A DNA stretch of 64,000 nucleotides. Origin: Trichosphaerium sp. ATCC 40318 (lineage: Eukaryota; Protista; Tubulinea). This document shows positions 41,599 through 52,568 of this stretch, one piece after another. Below the pieces are notes generated by a model. The model ran no database searches, was not told the origin of the DNA, and worked only from the letters and a program-made list of their open reading frames with translations. Position 1 is the stretch's first letter. Each line of letters opens with the position of its first letter. A program made the translations under genes and the position numbers. The DNA is taken from NCBI GenBank assembly GCA_038496445.1, contig JALMLS010000278.1, positions 1 through 64,000 on the forward strand, written 5' to 3'.

Positions 41599-42892
41599 AT
41601 GTTACAACAAACAAACCGAATTGCTGGTATTCTTGTCGCTTTATTCGTCATTCACGTGGTGTGTATAGTGCCGCCAGATGTTTCTTTATCCACAATACCT
41701 GTTGGTTACTTCGGTGGTCAGAACTCGAGCCACAGATCTCAAGAAAGCCTCGAAATGCTCGCCAAAATGCGTATGATAGTGATAGAAAAGTGGGAAGGAC
41801 CTTGTTGGGACGAATGTCTTGCCAATGCGACAAAAAAGCCGCCACTGCCTTGTCAAGCGTCTTGTGGTGCCGACAAATACCAAGAGAGCACTATTAATGC
41901 AGCAAGGGCAATTAACCCAAAATTATGTGTTGTTTTCTATTTAAACACGTTGTACGACTTTGGATTCATAAGTTTACACGAACAGGCATTGGCTATTGGT
42001 GCAGATGTCGTTAAGACTGATGGTAAATTGTTGGCCATAAAAAATGACAACGGTATGCCTGGCATAAACGCATTCGATCAAGGGAAGAAAAAGACACGTG
42101 ATATGTGGTTAAAGTTTTTGGCTGATAAAAAAGTCGATGGTGTTTTCCCTGACAAGGTTACCATTCGGGCACAATACAACAAGTCTTCAAAATTTTGGTA
42201 TGTGTTGTGGCGTGGTGAAATCTTCTTCTGAACTTTCCAGGGTTCTTTTCTTTTGCTTCTTCTTTTTATTTTTTTCAACATGTGGTACCATCCTTGTTGA
42301 CGTCAGAATCTTAGGCAGCTCTGCGAATACAACAGTGGTAAGACATGGGATCTATCATGTGGAGAGATATCGGAAGCTGATGCGAGTGCGTACAACGAAG
42401 GAAAGGAACTCTTGATGGATGGTATTTATGAGCTATTCGGAAAGGAAGGTTTTATTTTTCACAATACAACAGCGTATGTACATCCTGGTGCCCGCTCTCC
42501 ATCTGCGATCATAGAAAATGTACAAAACGCTTTCAAAAGTGGTGCAACTTACGTATACTTTATGGTACGCGAGCACTCACAAACCACATGTTAACACTCT
42601 TGCTCAAAATCTGAACTAAAAAAATAAATAGACAGCAGATCACCATACAGATGCACCGCCAACAACGAAGTCTATTTGTACTCAAAGAGAAATAATTATA
42701 TTCTTACTTGCGGTTGAAGAAGGATGTATTCTGGGCTGTAACGGATGGGATCCTCAATTTGAAAAGCCTCTTGGAAATCCACTTGGACCAGCGACAGTTG
42801 AAGGAGATGTTTACACTCGTAAATTCGCTTCAGGAACATCTGTCACCTGGAATACGAAAACAGACTCAGGTGACATTAACTGGGCCAACTAA
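41599..42892 (+). CDS. GHL15/GH168-like glycoside hydrolase, second copy
   Basis: Paralog of 28899-30158; intact, with clustered substitutions in the C-terminal half. Confidence 0.78.
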
Positions 42893-43070
42893 GTTTTGTT
42901 CGCAATAAAATAGTTCTCTTCTTTCCAATTTACATTTACGTTCAATTTACCAATCACTGAAGATAGTTAACTAGCAGATTACTTCAGGCATTTTGCTGCA
43001 CGTGTAGTTTTTAATGTTTATTCTTGATTACAGATTGTACAATGGCGAAGATGGGTTTAGTAGTGCATCT

Positions 43071-43454
43071 TTATTTACATCCGCACTTGCTTGTATCACA
43101 TGTATCACAGACACACTACGCGCGGAGTTAATTTGAAGAACCAAAAAAAAAACAGTCTCTTTTCTCTTCGCACCTTTTTACAACAATCGCAGCTGCATGT
43201 TGCTTTGCCGTCAGCGTCTTTTGAACAACAATCTGCGTTATCTAGGAACTAAAATTAGCATTTGAAAACCTTAAAGTTCAAGCGGAGAAGCTAGATCATG
43301 TCTCTTGATGTAGAACGAGTGTATACGTACCTTGGCCTTTACAGTTGGTGCAGTTAGAACAGTCCGTCTTGTAGGTGCACGACTTACAAGATTCTTTGCA
43401 ATCGCTGCAAGAAGATTGTTGTTGTTTGATTTCTGCTGAAGCGTCTGAGGACAT
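43071..43454 (-). CDS. Metallothionein, second copy (identical protein)
   Basis: Same 3 exons; one synonymous change seen (ACG/ACA); the introns differ more. Confidence 0.88.
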
Positions 43455-43498
43455 GATGTGTTGTTTGTTTGTTTAGTTTGTTGATATTTTAATTCTAT

Positions 43499-43692
43499 CA
43501 GGGGATACCTCCCTGGTAGACAGGGTTACCCTGGGTCGGATTTAGGATATCTCAGGGTTCAGCCCTGACTGACAGGGTAAACCCTGACAGATTTACGGTG
43601 CTCCAAGCTTCCAAAAAGAGTAACAATGTGATTGTAGGATTTGTCAGGGTCCCTCCCTGGTCGACAGGGAAACCCTGACAGAGTGAGCCCTG
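43499..43692 (-). promoter_or_regulatory. Expanded CAGGG-Nx-CCCTG palindrome array (6 perfect + 1 imperfect)
   Basis: Four shared units at 43499-43587, plus 43645-43659 (N5), 43665-43677 (N3) and CAGAG-tgag-CCCTG at 43679-43692. Confidence 0.75.
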
Positions 43693-44557
43693 CTTTTGCG
43701 TATCAAAGCCCATAGATTACGCTTTGATCCCTTCTTTCATGCTTTGCGTGCCGGAAGGTACTTTGTACGTACACGAAACAACTTCACAAAGGTGATAGGA
43801 AAAGCCTGAAATCGCGAAGGTTTTCGTCAGCTCCTACGCTAATTACGCACATGTGTTATGCTGCAAAGTTTCAAATGAATCTAGTAGAACTCTACGTACG
43901 TTCGTTACAATTGACACGTGTTGGGTTGGCAAATCGGAAACAAATATGCTCAAAAGCATTAGTGATGCTATGAAAACTGTTCGACTTGGAATGACTTTAG
44001 GCAAAACGCCTAAACCGAAAAAACCCATTTTGTTTGGAATTGTCTTTGGTGAGGCGCTTGTTGTATCACACCCATTGCTGCCATAGGATCTTGAACTAAC
44101 TCATTTTGGACATTGGATTTCGCATTAGTTTTTTGTTTTATTTGTCAAGCTTGTGAGACGTCTCAATTTTCCTTCACGTAGCGCATTATGTTTACAACCG
44201 TACTTGTACTGTTTAGATTAGCAGGTATTGTAGATCAGGGTAAAGCTGAAAGCTGGAATCAATTTGCTATTGATAAAACAACAATGTTACCTTTAAAGTG
44301 GAATAATGGATGGAAAAAAAAGTACAAGGTAAACGTGATAGATACATTTTTTCTACAACAGCTGTTGTAATGAAATAAACACTAAATGTACTACACTTAA
44401 CAAATACGTATATAGAGCAGTACTATCATAGTCTATTGTATCAAGATCTGTTAGTTTGCGTAAACAAACTGAGTTGTAAGATACGCAGTGAAAAACATAT
44501 TGTTTTACAGATGTTTATTTTACTTCTTTTTTACAACCTTAGTGGTATAACTACCCC

Positions 44558-47500
44558 TTATGGTGTATCCTGGCTAACTTCATCTGGTAACTCTACACAA
44601 GACTTGAATATAGGATATTCTAAAGGCGTAGTGAGACGCTTCAAGTCCTTCAAGAGAGTGTCCAATCTCTTTGATGTCATTCTCGGATTCTTGTCTTTAC
44701 CTTCTTCAACACGTGATACTGAAACGTTTTTAAAGTATTTTACTATTCTATCTGGACGTGGTATATCGATATCCTGAGATTCTGAGTTGTGTATTTTTTG
44801 AACAAGCTCAATCAAGTCAGCAGTACCCAAATCCTTCAGAAAAATAAGTAATTAAGTATTTTTTGATTTGACTCTGAGTACCTCAACCTCTTTACATAAT
44901 CCTCTAATCTCAACCACAACTTCTTGAGATGTAGGATCTGTTCTATGTAGCATTTTAAAACCATTCATACGGAAGCATTTCCTGTAAAACATTTCTTCGC
45001 TTGTAAGTATTTTCCATACTGTTTCCACTTCATCTTCTTCTGTAAACAATAGATTAGTAAAAAAGTTTCATAAATAGAATACTCTTCATTCTTAATCATA
45101 CGTAGATTTGTTTCTTTTCCAAGATTCTCACGTGTGAGAATTACAGGCTCTTCCAAATCAGGAGCAGTTAATTGAAAGTTGTTCATCAAATGTTGATAAT
45201 CAATGCTCTCTCGTACACCTCTATAATCACATGCAAGTATAAGGCTATCAAGTTTAACCATATAAATATACGTCAAAGAAGATCCTAATGGACCAATAAC
45301 CCTCATACGTGCAATATCTTCATTCTAAACAAAAAAATCAGCAAAAACGAACACGTGTTAAAGAAGAAACTACAACGAGCTTTGGACTTACACTAACGAT
45401 ATCTACATCTACGTCTGGGTCTGTTGTATACGGTTGTTGACTTGCTGGTGGTTCTTTATTAGTCTGGCTTGCAAGCTGTTGAGATGCATGAAACACATCA
45501 TCAAGAGTAGCATCAAAAACTAAGTCTTCAGAACCAGTTCTCTTAAGTTTACGCTTTTTCTTTGGTTGTACTGGAGATTCTTCTTCGACTTCTTCCTCAA
45601 CACCTTCTTCAAACATATCCCCTGAATCTGCTAGAGTGCGCTTGCGTTTATTATGTAGTGTCGCTGTAGTAGCTACGCTTTGGTCTTTATCTACAGTATC
45701 AGGAGCATCCGTCATTTGAATGTCGACAGTGACAGCATCTGGGTGATTCTTTGGTGTTGGGAAGATATCTGGAGTATCAGTTGTAGTAGTATCATTGTCT
45801 CTTTGAGCATTATTGAGGTCATTAGCAGTAATAAATCCCTGGAGTGTTCCTTGTGTTTGCCTTGGAGCGTTATACATAGCATGATCCGAGTCAGCTGTGG
45901 CGTTGTTGATGGCTAGATAGCTACATTACTAACTAACAATAGTTGCTTTAAAATCGTACGCAGTTGTAGCTGAGTTACAGTATTATTATTGTCAGTTGGA
46001 GGTTGAAGTTGTGTTCCAGGGCTAGAGTCAAACCCACTGGTTCCAGTGGCACTAGGTATACATTAATCGCGCTAAAAATGTGGTACAAAAACAATGTGTA
46101 CGGGGTAGCTGATGGAAACTTAAAAGGTGTTGCAGCTTTCGATGGACCGCTAAAAATGCCACCTTTTCTTGGAGAGTATGGAGGATAATGTGCCTCTAGG
46201 TGTTCTGTAAGAACACCAACAATTTCATCTTCTATTTTTACATCTACATCCATCTTATCAGGACTCAGAAGATCGTAATTGGTTGGAGAAGTTTCCAGGT
46301 TAAAATACATAAACGGAAACTTCTTCTTGACTTTTGCAGTAAAAGAAAGATAATACAAGAGAAAAAAAAAGGATGAAAAATGGTGAGTAAGGATACTATT
46401 GTAGCAACGTCTGAAGTGCTTTGTTATCACGGAAGAAATACCCCTTAAATGCACAGGCCTGTTATTGATATAAATAAATGTATGGCGCTGATCTCCTCTG
46501 CTGAGTTTGCTAACAAGGGATTCATCTGTCAATAGTCAGTAGTTTTCTAAAACGAAAAAAGTTCTTGACGTCACGTACCTAGACCGCTTTTTGGTATCAA
46601 CGCTGTCCAGCTATATAATAACTCGCCATCTTCTTCCTCTTGATGATCAAATGGTACAATATTATCAGAAACAAACGGACCAAACATTGAAGCAATCACT
46701 TTAAGTGTATCCTTGTAAAAAAAACTAAGTTGTTGTACAAAACATTGTCACGTGTTATCCAAATAAATTATAACATACCGGTTTTGGAGAAAAAGTACAG
46801 TTGTGTAAAGGGTATTGCTCATTTACAAATTTCATTCGAACATGAGGATGTGCTAGGCAGTAGACACTTAAAATATCATTAACCTTCTTATTTGCCTGTG
46901 ACTGCGCATCTTTTAGAACCTACAACAAAGTCATTTAATAACCCCCTACCTAGTTTGCAAGCCCTACCTTTTTCCTTACAGGTACATTATGATATAGATT
47001 ACATACTGATACTAAGGTGCCTTTAGGTTTACCACTTACTTTTGGATCTCCTGCAGAGTGTCAGTAAGTAAAAATATTGAAAAGAAAAAAACTAATCGTT
47101 ACATACCTACTGGGTCACCTTTATCATCAAATCTCTGTTGTAGAGCTACCTCTGCACCTTGCTTACGAGTTGTGACAGTAACCTTATGCATCAAACGTCA
47201 ATAACACTAAGAAACAGCGCAGAAAGCAACTAAAAATTCGTACATCTCCAAGAGCGCACATTGAAAATAACGCAGATCCACGGTACCCATACCCTCTACA
47301 TACGATCAAAAACAGTGATGAGACACGTAAAATGAGGTTTGAAAGAAAAAAATTACGATTTCCTGTAAAACCTTGTGGATAATTTATATTGTTATTGAAA
47401 GGTACCTGTAGTCGCCCAAATCGCCGTATTGAGATATTTTGGACGTAAAAAATTGTAAACAAGCACATTGTAACTGCCATTTGTTAAATACGTTTAAATG

Positions 47501-47761
47501 TACTTCAAAACGCGTTTTTTACCTCCTCTTTTGTCATTCCGTCGCCATCATCGCGTACATCTATGTTTTTAAAACCGCCATCACCAAGCGTTATCCATAT
47601 AGACTTTGCACCAGCGTCAAGTGAATTTCTGATCGTATAAGCACCATTGTAACCGTATTAAACCGAACTTACTCCAAAAGCTCTTTAACGGCACTTGCTA
47701 CATCTACAATCACTTGCTCTGATTGTATTTTGCGTACAGTTGAATCATCAAGCTTCTTCAT
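44558..47761 (-). CDS. PMS1: MutL-family mismatch repair protein, human PMS1-like
   Basis: MKKLDDSTVRKIQSEQVI..AVKELLE NSLDAGA..DDGDGM..YGYRGSAL; RGDQRHTFIYINNRPV; C-terminal DYRGVRESIDYQHLMNNFQL..LEEPVIL, with no DQHAxxE endonuclease motif. Confidence 0.85.
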
Positions 47762-48002
47762 GGCGCTTGGAAAAATTAATTAAAACTGTACAGAGCTTCG
47801 GTCAGCTTTAGTCAAAAACCGTTGGTGATCAATATCACGTGCGAGAAGCTCGTTCATTCGATTTTTCACGTGCTCTTGTATGGTTTTTCTATATCTCGCT
47901 CATGAACGAGCCTACGTTGCTATTTAAATGAATCAGCAGCATTCTTAATTTGCTGACGTTGCTTACATTCTTATTTTAGTTTTATTTTAGCGACAGCACA
48001 TC

Positions 48003-48560
48003 ATGACAGAAGTTTATGTTTTTAAAATCCTTGGTGATTGGCAAGTAGTGCCGTACGTAGTGGGAATAGTCGCTAAAAGTGCGTCTCACATCGAGTAGAA
48101 CAAGCGCGTACGAGCTAGATATCTGTAAAGGTGAAGTTGTTTTGAGACCAGTAAGATAACTTGTTTTAACTTTAGACTTACAGCCTTAGGTCAACACAGT
48201 GAGTGTTGGTATTAAAAACAAGGATGAAAGCGACGCTGTGCAACCTTTTAAAGTGCCAAGGTACACTATGACAACCAAACCTTTGCGTCCTTACCCTTTG
48301 GTTGCAGAGATGAGGGAAAATCATTTCCAGTCCACGTGTTTCCTTCAGCATCAAAAGGTGAGTAGTTTGGAATCTTGGCTACGTATCTTCTTTCCAACAA
48401 TTTCTATGTAGCTTTAGAGTTCGTTCAAAAGGGCGCAGCACAACAATAGAACAAGAGGGCAAGCAATTCAAATAAAAAAATCACGTGTCAATAAATTCAA
48501 AGTGGCTACAGCCATGTGTTCTTCAAGAAAAAGCGTACAGGCCCAGCTGTAAGAGTATGA
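48003..48560 (+). CDS. Possible small multi-exon hypothetical gene
   Basis: Several short GT-AG-bounded segments; reading frame not firmly resolved. Confidence 0.25.
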
Positions 48561-48643
48561 GTGAAGTGGAATTCTTAACAATTTTGTGTAAAACAGAAGT
48601 AACCTCTTAAAATTATGGGATAAATAACCATTATATTAACGCT

Positions 48644-50240
48644 ATGGCTTGCATTGAACATATTACGCCACCTGAAATACAAAGAGCCATACTAGAGCTA
48701 CTTTATGACCCCAACGACATAATTGGAAGCGCACTCGTTTGTAAGCGTTGGTACGCGCTTATTTCGAGTACCTACTATTGGAAAGTACGTTTGACGCCAG
48801 TTTAGCCGTCTTTTCGCTAAATTAGCCCAGGATGCTTCTATGGCATTTAAACCGCTATTTCATAGAGGTAGAAACGGCATAACACTTGATATAGCTCAAG
48901 CGCGTCAATTTAAAAATATAACTGCCGTCTATGCTTCCAAACTACGCAAGGTACCACTACGTTACCAATGGCAACACAACCAACCATTCCTGTCAAAGGC
49001 ACTGCTTATTTGTGAGAAAAACAATTCAGCACTAGTCAGTATAGACCTGGATGACTGCGCACAGCTTAATATGTTACTTACAAGCAAGACACAACCTTTC
49101 TTTAAGTACGAACAATTTTGCAGGAAATTTAAGTGTCTAAGTCTAAAATAGATTCAATGGGTGCTGTGAGAGCAACAATGGGCATATCATGTTACTCACA
49201 GACTATGGAGTTATGGCAGCAACTATTAAATCAGGAGCGTTGGTGGTATGTTGTGCAAGATCTTTTTTTTCATTCTTTTTGCTTTTCTTAATTAATCACG
49301 TGTTATAGATGACAGAAGATATCGAACATTATAACCAACATTTACTGCTAGGTTTCGCTGGTGTAGTCCAAGAGTAAGCCTATTATACAAAAGAAGGTGA
49401 CATGAACTTATGTTTTTTTTCAATAGGAATGGTCATAGAGATGGTAGTTTGGTTACTGCCCTTTTTGAAGAACCATCATGTACGTGTACTTACCATCAAT
49501 ATGCGAAGCAACCAAAATGACTGAAACAACCTTAGCAATCTGTAAAACAAGCACAAGTGACTTCATCATCACTGACCAATGCAGAATCAGGTTCATAGAT
49601 ACTAAAAAGAGAATAGTAAGAACACTTCCTTACATACAAGGTAATCGACCTCAAGCACTTGCTATCGATGAAAGCGACAAAGTTTATGTTGCTGAACACG
49701 AACCGCCAAGTATCAACAGCTTCACTCTTGATGCAGTAGAGAACGTGACAAATGAGAAAAGGTAGAGGCATTTGTCAGGTTTTTCTTGAACAACTTAACA
49801 TGTCAATTGACCTGGTCCTAATTGTATGTTTAGAATGCAAAAAGCTGGTATGAACGCTCCTTTAGATATATCATTAAACGATAGAGGTGACATCTTATAC
49901 GCTGTTGATGGACACTCGATTTGGAAGATCTTCTTGAAGACAAAACGAATTGTTCGTCTGAGGACTAAGTGTATTAATCCTAAGTGTATTACATTCCATG
50001 AAAACACTCTTCATGTTGTATGTGAATATCCAGGATACTCAGGGGATTTTATAGCTAGAATTTATTTGGATGAAAGAAGCAATGATGGTACCGCAGAATG
50101 CATTATTTCGTAAAAATACGAGGACCATCATTTGCGATTTTTGCTTTCAGACGTACCTGGATTGGAGGCTTATGAATAAAGCACTTGCTGCGAGAATTGC
50201 CTACCATTATCTTTATGGTGCAAGCCGAATGGGTAATGTA
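48644..50240 (+). CDS. F-box protein with NHL-like beta-propeller repeats; 3' end approximate
   Basis: PPEIQRAILELL..SALVCKRWYALI..YWK (F-box); GHRDGSLVTALFEEP, PQALAIDESDKVYVAE, PLDISLNDRGDILY (NHL). Confidence 0.8.
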
Positions 50241-50476
50241 TCACTGTATATTTGTAGAAAATAAACACCTTTTCAACCAAGTTGATTGACTTAAATAACC
50301 AAGATATAAAGCTCAGCTCTCAAGTGCTGGATACAACTTGAAGTCTCTACAATTGTTAGAATTGTAGAGTTTGTGGCGAGCAGTTTCACCCATAGTACAG
50401 ACGAGAAAAAACATGATCACTGTTGAAATGTGGCTTAAATTCACTTTTTTAACTTACTCGAGCGTGCTGTAAAGCA

Positions 50477-51994
50477 ATGAGCTTTAAAGCGGGATACGGT
50501 ATCATAGGCATATATCCAAACTTTATAGACGCCACACATAGCGTTACAACAAAAGAACAAAAGTATCGCCTTTCAGCGTTGCTTACAATCGAAGACGTGC
50601 GTAAAAACCGTTAACTATAACTTTTTATACTTATTAGCACTAGAGAGGCCGAGATAACACTCACGACTCAGGAGAAATACTAATACGTTATGGAGATGAT
50701 ATAAGTAGCGGTATTTTAACTTTTACAAAGTTTCACCACATCAGGGTAACGTCACATGTCTGAAACCATTCTCGGTTTTTTTTCCAATTTTTTTCATGTT
50801 ATTGCTCGTTTAATGCACGTGTTTTTTCTACTTGATAATAACAGTTGCAATTCGTGATTCCCAATAAACAGAAAATTCATAATTTTAAGGACGTCATTCA
50901 TATACTTTCACGTGACATTGTAATACACATCTATATTTTTTTTGACGATTAGTATAAGGTGACTTATGATTTAATTTAGGTCTTTAATTATCCCAAGGAT
51001 ATCCACGGTTTAAAGAATGTTTTAAGTAGTATACATTATGTCGGTAATTCTTCTTACGTGACAGTAAGCTTAATCACAAACGAATACGAAGGAGGTAGCT
51101 TACAAGTTGACATTCACTTTGCTTATCATAGTTAGCATTAAAAGGAGTCATGCCATCAGAAAAAGATATAATAGCTGAATGTAGAACAACTGGTGTCAAG
51201 GTTTCAAGGTAATACAAACAGATTATTCTTTAAAGAGCATCTTGATGACAAGTGTTCCGGTTTTTTTTAACTTGAATTGAAGATATCCCAAAATACATAC
51301 TATACCTTTGGACAATGAAACACGAAATCACTATGAAGCGTTAAGAAAGAATAATCCTCTTCCTTCTCATGAATTTATTCTAACCCCAGATACAATGAAG
51401 TCAATTCCTAACTTCAGAAAACAAGCAACAGGTAAACAACATACAAACTTTTCTCATTTTTTTCTTGTTTGTTTTTTTAAAAGAAGCAGAAATTCCATCA
51501 AACGATTTAACCAATGCAACACATACATTATAAAAACCTACATAATAAACCACGGAAGAAATGAAATACTCTAACTTTGAAATAGATGTTGTTTATAAGG
51601 ACTACAAAGTTAATTCATGGGATCTTGATATTTTTGGACATGTCAACCATGCTCAATACATGGTATGGTATGAAGACTTAAAGTTGACAGCAAGTGGAGA
51701 TAAAGGATTCAATAATAAGAGTCTAAGACATGTATGTTTATATGATGTTTCAGAATTTATAATAGACTATGTCGGCGAAACTAAACTCAGTAAGTTTTTC
51801 TTGCTTTTTTTTTTGACTTAACTTTTTTTTCTTCAATAGGCGATACAGTGCGTATTGAGATGTTTGAGATTGAAGGCATTGTAAAAGAGACATCTACTTT
51901 ATTTGGTTTTCACGTTATTACAAAAGATAACTCAGTTACAAATCGTTGTATTATGATGGTTCCAATATCACAAAAAACACTTTCTTCTCTTTAG
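50477..51994 (+). CDS. Double-hotdog acyl-CoA/acyl-ACP thioesterase-like protein; start uncertain
   Basis: YKVNSWDLDIFGHVNHAQYMVWYED and FIIDYVGETKLGDTV; an upstream first-lobe remnant, IHYVGNSSY..IIAECRTTGV. Confidence 0.75.
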
Positions 51995-52568
51995 AAAATT
52001 CCTGAAGAAGTATAGCATAAAATATTTGATCATTGATCTACTGTACTTTTTGAATATTTGGTGTTCTGAAGCTTCTTGTAATTCACTTGTGCGTTCCGAA
52101 AATAAAGAGAAGAAAAACGTGTCAATCCACTATGAAATATTGCTTCGCAGTTGATAATTGCTCTGCTTTAGTCAGAATATTGTTGTTTGACAATTGCTTT
52201 TTTTTAAAGTGATATTCTTGTTTTTACGAGTATTATGTCCACGTGATCAACTATAAAACGAGCATATGACAATACACTTTCGCAAAAACGATCAAAACTA
52301 TTGTTGTTATTGAACAAGCTGCAAAATATCAATGTCCAATATGGCCCAAGCTCTATGTTTGCTTGCTACGGAACAGGACTTAACTGTTACAGTTGCACGC
52401 GATGCATTTTTTGTACTATGTATTCTGCTAAGTCACTTGTGATCTGGCGTTTATAATATGAGAAAAGGATTATTAATTAAACCGATAGAATTTATTTCCT
52501 GCATATTTCTCTTCGCGTGTTGTTTTTTTTTACCGTTCAAATGAAAAGAGAAAAAAAAGAAAGCGATT

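Larger units (their letters stand above)
40381..43710 (-). repeat. Right arm of the inverted duplication
   Basis: Reverse complement of 28100-31332, with ~60 extra bp of palindromes at 43633-43692. Confidence 0.95.

Noticed and set aside
28100-43710. Inverted arms as ends of a composite transposon or as an assembly fold-back
   Set aside because: No transposase or target-site duplication seen. The arms differ substantially in spacers and introns while keeping frames intact, unlike read error.
43840-44400. Possible small gene between the MT promoter and PMS1
   Set aside because: I could not build a consistent spliced frame or recognise a motif.
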